A DNA stretch of 64,000 nucleotides from Myxococcota bacterium (GCA_965140415.1 OZ223209.1:3808001-3872000), one strand, 5' to 3'; positions 46,620 to 57,149 are shown, counted from the stretch's first letter. Translations and numbers: made by a program. The notes: generated by a model from the letters alone, not told the origin.

Positions 46620-48116
46620 TCAGGGGTCCAGCGGATCGCTCGGGTCAGCGTACAAGCTGGTTGGATCGATCAACAGACAAGTATCGGTCATGCCCAGGCT
46701 CAAGACCTGGCGATACGGCAGATAGCCAAGTTCTTCCTCGCAGCGCCCGGCGATCATGCTGGAAATATAAATGCTCTGCCCCATGTCCGTCGTGACGAGC
46801 ACCGGCTTTTCCGGTGGAATGCCATAACGCAGCACCAGCCGCGCGAGATTGCGCAGGTTGGTAGTGGTATGACGCGCGTGCGGGTCTACCAACAGCTTGC
46901 TTTCAGGAACATCGTAGGTGTTCATAAGGTATTTTTTCATTTCGATGGCTTCGCAATACGGGGTGCGATCCGGGTGAACGTGGCCCCCGGAAGTTAGAAT
47001 AAACGGCGCAAGCCCGCCCCATAAGCGCTGTACGGCCAGATCGCAGCGGAATGCACCCGCCTGATCGAGCGGCTCCTCGTAATTGTCCGGTCCCATTCCC
47101 GGCACGAGAATCAGGCTGTAAGGGTAGCTGTCCCAATCGATCTCCGCCATCGCCTGTAACGCCGCCGCGTTTTCGCCCTCTTCCATCGGTTCGTAGCGCC
47201 CGGCTTCATCGCGCTGCTGCTGGGTCAACACCGCAGCCGTTGCAAAGTATAAAGGTTCGTAGAACAGCAGATCTCCCTGATGCGCCTGGGAAAGCGTTTG
47301 AACGAGTTGGTTCAACTCCGCCGCGCTCAAGCCACCTACATTGGAATGATAGGCTTCGTTCAATCCGGCCACGGTATCACAAAATGCCGTTTCGAATAAC
47401 TCATCATCCGGCAAGCTCCGATGAAGTTGGAACATGCCCGAAGGCCGCAGGTGCTCGCTAACCACATCCGTACTCCCCTTCTCGACTAGCTCTCCAAGCG
47501 CCGCCGCGATTTCGCTGCAATCCGCTTCGGTGATCGTCAGTTTACCGGTATGACAGGCAACATCCTCCCCGCAGGCCGTTTCCGCCTCACGCAGCATTTG
47601 CGTGCGCGTTTGAGAAATGGCAGACAGGGTTGCATCGCCAACCAGCAATCCATGCAGATCCGTAAGCTCTTCGAACAGGGTCAACAGGTAGTAATTTTTA
47701 TCGAGCGTGTAATCGCCGCAACTCAAGCGCTGATAGCCGACTTCGAAGCCCCCTAGATCCGGCGGCTCACTTCCCACGCAATCGGTAGACCACAGTTCGG
47801 CCAGTTCCGGGTCGATGTCCCACTCCGATGCATCGGAACGCTCCGCATCGAGATCACCGTCAACAGAGGAATCATCATCCGCATCCCGATCCGCCGGGGC
47901 GCTTTCCGATTCGGAAAAGTCGCCGTCCGTCGTATCGTTCCCGGAATCGGAGCAGGAACAAAGTACAAGCAGTAGAATCAAAAGCAGCAGTGTGGATATT
48001 GCGTACAGACTACTCCCGTTTTTCCGTTGCGAAAGACAAGCAAGGTAACCGTGGTTTTTCACTTGTTTGAACATGTGCGCCATTCCCCGTAATTTTTCGA
48101 TAAGTGACAGGTTCAC
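46620..48116 (-). CDS. YdcF/DUF218-family lipoprotein (start uncertain)
   Basis: ILVPG, ILTSGGHVHP, EAIEMKKYL, DPHARHTTTNLRN; hydrophobic stretch ending LCSC. Confidence 0.8.
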   Translation of the reverse strand: MNLSLIEKLRGMAHMFKQVKNHGYLACLSQRKNGSSLYAISTLLLLILLLVLCSCSDSGNDTTDGDFSESESAPADRDADDDSSVDGDLDAERSDASEWDIDPELAELWSTDCVGSEPPDLGGFEVGYQRLSCGDYTLDKNYYLLTLFEELTDLHGLLVGDATLSAISQTRTQMLREAETACGEDVACHTGKLTITEADCSEIAAALGELVEKGSTDVVSEHLRPSGMFQLHRSLPDDELFETAFCDTVAGLNEAYHSNVGGLSAAELNQLVQTLSQAHQGDLLFYEPLYFATAAVLTQQQRDEAGRYEPMEEGENAAALQAMAEIDWDSYPYSLILVPGMGPDNYEEPLDQAGAFRCDLAVQRLWGGLAPFILTSGGHVHPDRTPYCEAIEMKKYLMNTYDVPESKLLVDPHARHTTTNLRNLARLVLRYGIPPEKPVLVTTDMGQSIYISSMIAGRCEEELGYLPYRQVLSLGMTDTCLLIDPTSLYADPSDPLDP

Positions 48117-48229
48117 ATCGATGATGCAGATCGATTATGCCAAAAGCGGATTGGAAACGAAAGGGTAATAATCTCAGCGGATGGTTGTCAACCATTTTCG
48201 GGGTAAAACGGACCACCTTAACGAAGAAC

Positions 48230-49411
48230 TCATCTGCTCTGTTTCGGCGGGCTCTGCCAGGTCAACCCGGAAGCGGAATCGAACCAGGCATTTTCGGTGT
48301 TCATCTCGTCACCATCGACTCTGTTGATGTAATAACCATCGCCATCCACGATCAGTTCTTCTCGCACGCAGCGGACGCTTTTAGGAGTAAACCAGTCCAC
48401 CGCCTCGATCGCACCGGTATTGAAGTCGATGCTCCAGCTATCCGTGCTTTCCTCGACGACCGTGGAGTAGGACCAATAGCTCCGACAGTTTCCCGAAATT
48501 GCGTCTGGCCAGTAGCAGCCATCGTTGGGACCGCCTGCGGCGTTGCATTTCGTACAGGCTTCATTCTCAAGGCATGTCGCCAGGCGGCAGTCCTCCGTCA
48601 CCGTACAGCTACCATCCGATTGGGTTGACGGACAGCCGCGAAGCAGGCTGCGCAGTTCGTCGATGCTGGGTAAGCGCCAGTCCGCCTGCTCGTCCAGTAC
48701 CAAATTCTCACAGTAATCGATGGCCATCGGATAACTAAGCAAAACGTCTTCGCCGTCTCCATCGACACGATCTCCATCCGAGGTATCCAAATCGGAGTCT
48801 TCATCCTCTCTCACACAACGCGCCCGTGCCTGCTTGGAAACCAACGCCATATTGAATGTGGCGTGGTTGAAGTAGATCTGCCATGCGAATCTCTTGTCAT
48901 CATCGGCTCTGGAGGAAGACCAATAGGCGTCGCAAATGCCCTGCAATGAATCCGACCAGTAGCAACCCGCCGCAGGACCGTTCTGGTACGAACAGTTAAA
49001 GCAAATCTCCAAATCTCGACACTCGTAAGTCAAACAGAGATCCGTAACGCCGCACAAGCCGTCCGTCTCCGAATCAGTGCATCCGCGAACCAGCGACCGC
49101 AACTCTCCGATGGTCGGCAAGCGCCAATCCCGATGCCCCTTTACAGACAACTCCTCACAGTAGCTAATTGCCTGCTGCCAAGTCATCACCTCACCACTGG
49201 CCAATTCCTGCCAGATCAGCATGGAATAATCGCTCGATGAGGAAGGCTGCGCCTCGTTCACACAGACGAAATCCACACAAACCGTTTCCGGGCTGCAATC
49301 CGCCGTTCTCGTACACGCCTCCCCTTCTTTGCTTAAACTACTGCTCTTACAGCCACAGCAGAATAAAAGAAGGAACATCCCGACTACGAGTAACGGCTTA
49401 CGATACGTCAT
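48230..49411 (-). CDS. Lipoprotein with DUF1566 domains; ends in the first residues of a third domain
   Basis: Two DWRLP..ELRSL.RGC domains; C-terminus NAWFDSASGLTWQSPPKQSR*. Confidence 0.8.
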   Translation of the reverse strand: MTYRKPLLVVGMFLLLFCCGCKSSSLSKEGEACTRTADCSPETVCVDFVCVNEAQPSSSSDYSMLIWQELASGEVMTWQQAISYCEELSVKGHRDWRLPTIGELRSLVRGCTDSETDGLCGVTDLCLTYECRDLEICFNCSYQNGPAAGCYWSDSLQGICDAYWSSSRADDDKRFAWQIYFNHATFNMALVSKQARARCVREDEDSDLDTSDGDRVDGDGEDVLLSYPMAIDYCENLVLDEQADWRLPSIDELRSLLRGCPSTQSDGSCTVTEDCRLATCLENEACTKCNAAGGPNDGCYWPDAISGNCRSYWSYSTVVEESTDSWSIDFNTGAIEAVDWFTPKSVRCVREELIVDGDGYYINRVDGDEMNTENAWFDSASGLTWQSPPKQSR

Positions 49412-49469
49412 GGCTTCTATCCAATCTTGGAAACTGGGTGATACACGGGTCGAATCTGCTTATCATGTG

Positions 49470-51200
49470 CTACCTGGCGACATCTCTGACACAACGGATT
49501 CCCGCAGCTCCACTTCCATAACCGGTACTTTTGGACCGACGCTCCGATACTCGTCTATTTTCCTGCCCATCAGGAACGGGCACATCACGTATGGGTCTGC
49601 TTTCACAAGTTCCACTATCCCACACTTCAGACGTACTCGGCGCGCCACGATAACTCATGTGCCAGCAATCTTCCACCCACTCGGAAGCGTTTCCCAGCAT
49701 ATCGTACAGACCAAACGCATTGGGCTCTCCCTGTTTGACGTAGTATTCAGCATAGGGATCCCAGCGAATGCTCTCCAGACAACTCTGGTCGCTGCCGCAG
49801 TAATTGGGCGTGGTATCCCCGGCGCGGGCGGCGTATTCCCATTCCGCTTCCGTAGGCAATCGCCCTTTGATCTTCTTGCAATAATATTGTGCCTCTTCGA
49901 ATGTCGTTCTAAAAACCGAACAGGTATCGCAGATAGAATAGAATTCGTCGTTGTTTGGCACTATGAGCTCGTATTGACCCTTGGTGATTTCGGTTTCCGT
50001 CATTTCAAAAGCCGCGACGCTTACGCTGTGCCGTGGCTTTTCATTGTCGCTACAGTATTCATCGCCGGGCGAGCAGCCCATCTCGAAGGTTCCAGCGGGA
50101 ATGGGTATCCAGTTGATCTGGATCAGATCGGCGTATTCCCGATTCGGGATGTCGTCGCAGGTTTTGACTTCTTCCAGCGTTTGGGCGACATCGCTTTGAA
50201 TGTCGCGCGCACAACGAAAACCGGTGCCGGAATTTGGGCAAGAATTGTCATCGGCCATTTCCGTGGCTCGATTCGACGAGCGCGACAGGCCGCGTATCAT
50301 GCGGGTATGGAAGTAATCGGCGAGCCAGGCCTCGCCGTTCGTAGGTGCTCCGGTATAATCTTCATGGTAGCAGTCCTGGGTCCATTCGTAAGCATTGCCC
50401 AGCATGTCGTATAAACCGAAGGGATTGGGCTCCATCTGCCCGACCGGCATATAATAGTAGTACCCGCTATTGGGTTGATAATGACAGTACGAGTAGTTCA
50501 GGCACTCCTCGGTGACCAGACACGCCGGATCCTCCCCGCAGTAATACGTACTCGTAGTACCGGCGCGAGCGGCGTATTCCATTTCCGCCTCGGAGGGCAG
50601 CCGCCCCCCTGCCCATTCACAAAAGGCACTCGCCACCTCCCAGGTAACTTCCTTTGCCGGGTAGCGTTCCTCTCCCGGATTGGGCGAGTAGACGCCATCG
50701 GCCTCGCGCAGCTTGGCCGTTTTCCGATCGATCAACCAGTATCCCGAGCAAGGATATTCCAGATCTTTGGCCGCTTCGGTATTGACAAACGCGGCCAGTT
50801 GCTCGTTGGTGACTTCCGTAGCGTTCAACTCGAATGCGTTCACCGTCACGCAGTGAATGGGAAATTCGCGTTTTTCGCAATGAGTATCGGTGGGCGAGCA
50901 ACCCATTTCAAAATTGCCGGGAGGAATCGGCACCCATTGCAAACCGATTTCATTAGGATCGATTGTCAAATATACGCGGTGCTCGTCGCTGTCGTTGTCG
51001 CTGTCTCCATCCGGGTCATCCGGGGCATCCGGGTCGATTTCGCAGCGGCTCTCCACACACATCAAGCCCCTGCCGCAGTCGGAATCCTGCAAGCAGCTTT
51101 CCCCAAGGGAACTCGTTCGATCCGAGCCGGAATCTCCGCATGCGACTCCCAGCATTAAAACGATCGGAACGACAAATAACTGCAACCATGATTTTCCCAT
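49470..51200 (-). CDS. Lipoprotein with two FGE-sulfatase (SUMF1) domains
   Basis: GVAC lipobox; two IP.G.FEMGCSP...RLP.EAE.EYAARAG...GLYDMLGNA.EW domains. Confidence 0.9.
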   Translation of the reverse strand: MGKSWLQLFVVPIVLMLGVACGDSGSDRTSSLGESCLQDSDCGRGLMCVESRCEIDPDAPDDPDGDSDNDSDEHRVYLTIDPNEIGLQWVPIPPGNFEMGCSPTDTHCEKREFPIHCVTVNAFELNATEVTNEQLAAFVNTEAAKDLEYPCSGYWLIDRKTAKLREADGVYSPNPGEERYPAKEVTWEVASAFCEWAGGRLPSEAEMEYAARAGTTSTYYCGEDPACLVTEECLNYSYCHYQPNSGYYYYMPVGQMEPNPFGLYDMLGNAYEWTQDCYHEDYTGAPTNGEAWLADYFHTRMIRGLSRSSNRATEMADDNSCPNSGTGFRCARDIQSDVAQTLEEVKTCDDIPNREYADLIQINWIPIPAGTFEMGCSPGDEYCSDNEKPRHSVSVAAFEMTETEITKGQYELIVPNNDEFYSICDTCSVFRTTFEEAQYYCKKIKGRLPTEAEWEYAARAGDTTPNYCGSDQSCLESIRWDPYAEYYVKQGEPNAFGLYDMLGNASEWVEDCWHMSYRGAPSTSEVWDSGTCESRPIRDVPVPDGQENRRVSERRSKSTGYGSGAAGIRCVRDVAR

Positions 51201-51547
51201 CGGGTACCCCTTACATTTCCACGACAACACAGCTTGGTTGGATAGCAATAGCAGACGTTACAACTGCAATTGAAGTGCCAACTTGAACAAGTTATACAGC
51301 CAAGAGAATTGCCAGTCAATACGATCATTTATGATATATCCCCAAAACATCTGAAACCGGAGTGACCCCAAAGCTACGACAGGATTGTCACATCTGACAA
51401 GCAAGCCGCCTTTGATTTCGCACATTTCCAACGCTGGCTTCCATCGTGAATTCATGTCTGACATCAGTTGACATCTCCCCCTGTCTCGGGTAGAGATGAG
51501 CCAGGATCTTGTCTCTGGAGATCATCCGAGAATCAAAGGAGTGTGCG

Positions 51548-54277
51548 ATGATGAAGCGAACGAGAATGACGGTTCTGGTTTTCTGTTTTGCTCTTCTGCT
51601 TAGCTGTAGCCCGGATACGGTGACGCCCCCGGCGGAGTTGACCCAGGTCAAAACGGAACAGATGAACTTTCGCGACGCCTACGGCAGATACGTCTTTCTA
51701 AACGGCGTCAATGCCAGCGGAACGGCCAAAGTCCCGGTGAGCGTGGACCCGGTCAGTTATGTCGGACGTCCTTTTAAAGAGGAAGAAGCCGACGAATGGT
51801 TCGCCAAGCTCTCACGCGACGGGTTCAACTCGATTCGCTATATCGCCACCTGGGATGCCGTCAATCACGAAGCACCGGGCGTGTACGACACCGAGTATCT
51901 GGATTATCTGGAGAACATGGTGCAGGCCGCTAACCGTCACGGGATTTACGTTCTGGTCAATTTCCATGAAAACCTCTTCAGCCGCCATTTTTACTCCGTC
52001 TTCAACGACAAACCGGAACTCGGCGAGCCGGGAAGCCTGGAATCCATGCTGGGTAGCCTCTTCCCTGCCGAAGATCCAGAAACCGGGGAACTGTATTACG
52101 ATTCCCGCGTCGAAGGCGATGGCGCGCCCCGCTGGGCTGTGGAAGCCTGCGCCCCGGAAAAGAATCTGGATCATCAATCCTACGGGATGCTGCGGCTGCT
52201 TGGCTCGCTGGCCAAGCCGGGCAACCTGAACAAAATCATCGAAGCCATGACGGTATTACTGGGCGGTGGCGACATGGGCGACAGTTCCGAGCTGATCTCC
52301 TTTTTCACCGACCAGATTCTGACACTGAGCACCAAGGATTACATTCCCTTCAACATCGATGAAACCAACGACATGTTTCCCTTTACCCTCTGGGCAATGA
52401 ATTCCTTCTTCTCGGTGGATGTTGAAAAATGCTACGCCGCGTTCTTCGCCGGGGATGTCGCCTTCCCGGATCGTTACATCGACGGCAAGCAGATCAAGGA
52501 TTACCTGCAAGAAGGCCACATGAACGCCTGGCTACAGGTCGTCAAGCGGTTGAAGAACTACCCCAACGTCATCGGCTACGACATGATGAACGAACCGACC
52601 GGCATCTTTATTATTCTCTCCGTACTGTCGGCCTACGTTTCAGCGGGCTTCGATAACACCGCCGCATTCACGGCAGTAAGCGAGTTACTGGGAGAAGATA
52701 CCGGCAACGCCGTCTACAACCTGATCGACGGCCTGGAGATTCTGCCGTCTCTGCCCATCCAACTTGAGCAGGAGCACATAACGGAGCAGGCGACCGAACC
52801 GTTGCTGCGCCTGGCCCGAAACGCCGCCGAAGCGGAACTGATGCTGCTTCTAAGCCAATTACCGACGGACATCGATGACAATGCATTCGTGGCTGAACAG
52901 ACGGCGGCTATCCAGCGGGCGCAGGCTTCCATCGATTCGGGTTTGACTTCTCTATTCGAATCGCTTGCAAAAGGCAGTGCGTACTACACGGAAGCAATTC
53001 AAACTGAGTTGCAGGAAATGGCGAATAAGGCGATTGAAGATTACATGACCGGCACCATCGAAACCGCCAATGCGGATCTGCAAAACCTGCCGGTGGGATT
53101 CGACGCCGAAGCGGGAACGCTGATCAAAGTACGCGCTATGGAAAAAGAGTGGGAAAGCGTTTCCGGCGCGGCAAATGACTCGATGAGTTCCACGCGCATG
53201 GAAATGATCGCCGCCTACTGGAACGAGATCAAGGCCGATTGGGGTCTGGCCGATTTCGACGTCCTGGCTGGACTCGGCCTGAACATGAACTTCGACCGCA
53301 ACTACGTCCTGCGCTATTTCACGCGCCTGGGCAGCGCCATTCAAAAGGAAGACCCCAACGCCATCGTCTGGGTGGGGGATTCGCTGGGACTGGGCGTCAT
53401 TACCGGCGGGGACGGCATCCCCATGACCAACAGTTCCATGTACAAACCCGACGAACTGGGGCAGCTCGTTTCGGCGTATCACACCTATCCGGGCAGCATT
53501 TATCCGCTGGGGCTCTGGCAGGTTCCGCCGCAATCCTACGAACCGCAGGAATGGGCGCGGCGCGATTATTCCGGGGAAATCGAGAAGAAAATCAACCGCA
53601 CATTAAACAGCTACGGCGATGTGCCGGTGGTATTCACCGAGTTCGGCACCTACTTCAATTTCAACTGGAATCTGAAAGACAAAGATCAGATTCTTGAAAC
53701 ACTTGAAAAAGACGGCTACGAGGTTTCCGCCACGATCCTGAACATGGAATACGAAGCCATGGATACGCACTTCGCCCATCGCATGGTCTGGTGCATGAGC
53801 CCCGAGAACGACTACCAACTGGGCGACCTGTGGAATCACGAGGATTTCTCGGTGTATGGTCCCGACCGCGAACCGCGCGCGGCAGAAGCCTGGATTCGAC
53901 CCGTGCCTCGATTCGTGGCGGGGGAACCGATTGCCATGCACTTTCATTCGGACTATCACTGGTTCGACCCGGACAAAGGGCAGCCGGAGGACTGGGAAAA
54001 GGGAGAATTCTACCTTTCCTACGAATCCAAGGAAAGCGAGATGCCCAGCGAGATTTACGTGCCGGAGTTGCAATACCCGGAAGGATTTTACGTCTGGTTC
54101 TCCGATGGCTGGGGCCTATACGACAAGGAGGCGCAGACGCTGTACCACTATCCCGACGCGGACGACCCGGAGGATATCCACGAGATCACCATCCGGCGAC
54201 CGCTTGAAGGGCGGGAGATGGAAGGCTGGAGTTTGTATTTCGACGGCGAACGCCTGATCACGGCCACACGGAATTAA
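51548..54277 (+). CDS. GH5 endoglycoceramidase-like glycoside hydrolase lipoprotein with large helical insertion
   Basis: RDAYGR...NGVN, GFNSIR, GIYVLVNFHE.LFSR, GDGAPRWA, IGYDMMNEP (acid/base), FTEFG (nucleophile), RPVPR.VAG.P. Confidence 0.85.
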   Translation: MMKRTRMTVLVFCFALLLSCSPDTVTPPAELTQVKTEQMNFRDAYGRYVFLNGVNASGTAKVPVSVDPVSYVGRPFKEEEADEWFAKLSRDGFNSIRYIATWDAVNHEAPGVYDTEYLDYLENMVQAANRHGIYVLVNFHENLFSRHFYSVFNDKPELGEPGSLESMLGSLFPAEDPETGELYYDSRVEGDGAPRWAVEACAPEKNLDHQSYGMLRLLGSLAKPGNLNKIIEAMTVLLGGGDMGDSSELISFFTDQILTLSTKDYIPFNIDETNDMFPFTLWAMNSFFSVDVEKCYAAFFAGDVAFPDRYIDGKQIKDYLQEGHMNAWLQVVKRLKNYPNVIGYDMMNEPTGIFIILSVLSAYVSAGFDNTAAFTAVSELLGEDTGNAVYNLIDGLEILPSLPIQLEQEHITEQATEPLLRLARNAAEAELMLLLSQLPTDIDDNAFVAEQTAAIQRAQASIDSGLTSLFESLAKGSAYYTEAIQTELQEMANKAIEDYMTGTIETANADLQNLPVGFDAEAGTLIKVRAMEKEWESVSGAANDSMSSTRMEMIAAYWNEIKADWGLADFDVLAGLGLNMNFDRNYVLRYFTRLGSAIQKEDPNAIVWVGDSLGLGVITGGDGIPMTNSSMYKPDELGQLVSAYHTYPGSIYPLGLWQVPPQSYEPQEWARRDYSGEIEKKINRTLNSYGDVPVVFTEFGTYFNFNWNLKDKDQILETLEKDGYEVSATILNMEYEAMDTHFAHRMVWCMSPENDYQLGDLWNHEDFSVYGPDREPRAAEAWIRPVPRFVAGEPIAMHFHSDYHWFDPDKGQPEDWEKGEFYLSYESKESEMPSEIYVPELQYPEGFYVWFSDGWGLYDKEAQTLYHYPDADDPEDIHEITIRRPLEGREMEGWSLYFDGERLITATRN

Positions 54278-54293
54278 AGAAAGGAGAAGGGAC

Positions 54294-55697
54294 ATGAAAA
54301 CGCTTACGAATTGCCTGTGTCTGATTCTTCTTTCCGCCGCCATCGCGATGTTACCTATGACAGCCTTGGCCGAAGAGAAACAACCAGCCGAGCAAACCAA
54401 TAACCAAGTCGAACCGAAAAAGGTAGAGCAGAACTCCTGGCAGGATCACGTTTCGCTCGGCTTCGAATTTTTGACGCTGTTCGTGTATCGCAACGATGCG
54501 GACTTCGACCGGACGGACGCCAATTACGAATATGGACAGGATGTGGGATTGATCGGCACCTATTTAAAACCTGCTATCGACGTGCAGGTCGTCGAACAGT
54601 TACGCCTGCACTGGGATATGGAAGTGGGCCTGGACCTTTGGAGTCGCAACGACCCGGAGGTGGGACTGGGCCAGTCCGACGGCAGCCATGGTGCGTCGCT
54701 CAGCCTCAAGCAGCGCGAGTTGTACGCAGATATCTGCTACGAAGGCTTCTTCGCACGCCTCGGCTACCAGCATCTACAGGATGTCAGCGGGTTGTTCATC
54801 AACCACTGGATCGGCGCGGCGGATCTGGGCTTCCGCTTCGACGGCGGACACTCGATCCGGGCGTTTGTCGGCCAGCTTCCAGATCAGACCTACGAAGGCT
54901 GGCGCATCGAGGATAACAACTTTAAAAACGACGTGTTTGTGTATGGTGCCGACGGCGTCTATACCTTCAGCGAAATCGGGTCTTTCAAGCTTGGCGCGTA
55001 CGGACTGCACGACGGCTCGGTGCGCGGCAAGGATCGCGACATCGGCGCACTGGCAGCCGCCGTCGCACTGGGAAAGGATTCCTGGGACGCCACGCTGTCA
55101 TTGATCGGCCAATACGGACAACTCGAAAAGGGCGCGGCGGACGGCACCGACGCTACGCTGTTAGCTTATGGCTTGAGTGTAGACGGCGGCTATCGCATCG
55201 AGTGGTTTTCCTTCCGCCTGTCGGGCGCGGTACTCAGCGCGGATGATGACGAACTGGGCAACGACAGCCTGGCCTTCGTCTGGTCGGGCAAACGCCCCGG
55301 CGTCAGCATCCTGTTAAGCGAAAACGAACTGCGCGATTTAGGCGACAACCTAGATGAACGCGCCAGCGTGTACGACGGCTTCTTCCACAACACCCTGGCC
55401 GGTTTGGGCGGCGCAGATCTCGGCTTGTACTTCCACCCGCTCGACTCGCTCACGCTGGGGATCGTCAGCGCCGGTTTGTGGACCTTGAACTCCGAACGTG
55501 CGTTAGGCGGCGAACTGATCGCATTGGAAGAGGAACTGAGCCTGGTCTACACGGCGTTCAATGAAAAACTCGAACTGCAACTTACCGGCGGCCTGCTGAT
55601 TCCCGGCAAAGCCGGAGCAGCTTTCGTAAACGCCATCGATAAGACGGAAACAGAGATCGTCGGTTTCGTGCAGGTGGGCGTGTTGTTGAGGTTTTAA
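54294..55697 (+). CDS. Outer-membrane beta-barrel protein
   Basis: Signal peptide, alternating amphipathic strands, terminal VGVLLRF; follows the GH5 gene closely. Confidence 0.75.
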   Translation: MKTLTNCLCLILLSAAIAMLPMTALAEEKQPAEQTNNQVEPKKVEQNSWQDHVSLGFEFLTLFVYRNDADFDRTDANYEYGQDVGLIGTYLKPAIDVQVVEQLRLHWDMEVGLDLWSRNDPEVGLGQSDGSHGASLSLKQRELYADICYEGFFARLGYQHLQDVSGLFINHWIGAADLGFRFDGGHSIRAFVGQLPDQTYEGWRIEDNNFKNDVFVYGADGVYTFSEIGSFKLGAYGLHDGSVRGKDRDIGALAAAVALGKDSWDATLSLIGQYGQLEKGAADGTDATLLAYGLSVDGGYRIEWFSFRLSGAVLSADDDELGNDSLAFVWSGKRPGVSILLSENELRDLGDNLDERASVYDGFFHNTLAGLGGADLGLYFHPLDSLTLGIVSAGLWTLNSERALGGELIALEEELSLVYTAFNEKLELQLTGGLLIPGKAGAAFVNAIDKTETEIVGFVQVGVLLRF

Positions 55698-55704
55698 GGA
55701 TTTT

Positions 55705-55732
55705 TGTCGGTCAGAAAATCTGACGGATCTAC
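55705..55732 (-). repeat. GTAG-type REP, copy A
   Basis: TGTCGGTCAGaaaatCTGACGGATCTAC; direct repeat at 57072-57099. Confidence 0.75.
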
Positions 55733-55944
55733 GCTGTTGAATTATTATAGTTGGAGCGGGGCTCCCGTCCCGCTCCAGGTTTGTTTTCATGAAAAACCGA
55801 TTGACTACGAATGAATATTGAGGTATCTTGCTTAATGTAGTGCTTATCCTCGCCACGGATCGCCTGCCGTCTGCTTCGCAGTTGCGGAAAATAAAACTGT
55901 TTTATACGACCATCTGAATTCACCATACAATAAAAGAGGGGACC

Positions 55945-56886
55945 ATGAAATCCCAGCCATTGATTCAGCTAATATTACTCGCTTTCGGGCTTTGCCTTCT
56001 CTCCGCCTGCTCGAATGATGATCCCGTGATTACGGATGGAGATACAGAGGTTACTGAAACGGATGTAGAAACCCCTATCCCAGATGGTGACAGCGACCCG
56101 GACCTAGATGAAGAAGTAGAATTAAGCGAAAACGTTGAAAGTGCAGAAGAGGTTGAGAATTTTGAAATCACGGAAAGTGACAATGCGGAATCGGTAGAAG
56201 AGGATATAGTAGAACATGATGCAGAATTGGAGACCGTGAAAGTGGAAGTGAGGTTAATTGTATCATCATTGTCTCCAGCAACGCTTAGATACGATAATAA
56301 GGAACATATAGTTCCAAAAGTAGAGCCTGTTAATCCAGGGGATATCCCATATCCAGTAATTGAGGTGCCAAAAAACAGTTCGTTTGAATTTGTTCTAGAT
56401 TCTCAAGCCTGGATAACCAATGTTATCCCGGGACTAACAGAAAACGATGATTTCTCCTTTGATCCTCCAAATGTAGTTAACTATATCCCTAGTGATCTTG
56501 CACAGGAGCTTGGATTCGAAGCAGATACTCAAAAGGGAATGATCAAAATTGGATTTTCTTACATTTCCCAAGGTTCTGCTTGTGCTATTGGATGTAGTGC
56601 CAGTGTAGACGTGTCTTATGGCGCTTGCTATGCAACTCGGGATGGCCAAACCCAGTTAGGTTGTTATATAACACCTAGAAATTCGTACATTGAATTTGCC
56701 AATGTCGAACCGGGGCCGGTAAATGTAACCGTTGAGACATGGGCAGGTGCCGGGATGCAATGTCGCCTACGGGCCGGGGGCGAATACCGTGAGAACCCCG
56801 TAATCCCGGTAATGGTTTACCCCGGTTCCGCTACCGTACTGGACATGGATTGTATTGGTTGTACAGAAGTAGACGGGGATGAATAG
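55945..56886 (+). CDS. Hypothetical lipoprotein with acidic DGD linker
   Basis: LSAC lipobox, GAGGGG RBS, AT-rich core. Confidence 0.8.
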   Translation: MKSQPLIQLILLAFGLCLLSACSNDDPVITDGDTEVTETDVETPIPDGDSDPDLDEEVELSENVESAEEVENFEITESDNAESVEEDIVEHDAELETVKVEVRLIVSSLSPATLRYDNKEHIVPKVEPVNPGDIPYPVIEVPKNSSFEFVLDSQAWITNVIPGLTENDDFSFDPPNVVNYIPSDLAQELGFEADTQKGMIKIGFSYISQGSACAIGCSASVDVSYGACYATRDGQTQLGCYITPRNSYIEFANVEPGPVNVTVETWAGAGMQCRLRAGGEYRENPVIPVMVYPGSATVLDMDCIGCTEVDGDE

Positions 56887-57071
56887 CTACAGTGTCGGGT
56901 CAGATGACACGACCAAAACATGTGGAGCATGGCAGGAGCCATGCACCAACGGAGGGTGTTTGTCTTCATGGTCGGGACAGGAGCCCCGACCGGAAACCGA
57001 TGGTTCAAGACAGGAGCCTTGAACCATCCAAGAGGCAAGCCTGCGGCTTAGCCCGCGCCACCCAGAATTCT

Positions 57072-57099
57072 TGTCGGTCAGAAAATCTGACCGACCTAC
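57072..57099 (-). repeat. GTAG-type REP, copy B
   Basis: TGTCGGTCAGaaaatCTGACCGACCTAC. Confidence 0.8.
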
Positions 57100-57149
57100 A
57101 GCCTACAGCCCCCCTACCCCGTTTTAGCGAATAAACCGACTCCGCGCTT

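Noticed and set aside
41235-51200. Diversity-generating retroelement targeting FGE-sulfatase/DUF1566 C-termini
   Set aside because: No reverse transcriptase and no template repeat differing at adenines found in the window; a trans-acting DGR elsewhere cannot be excluded
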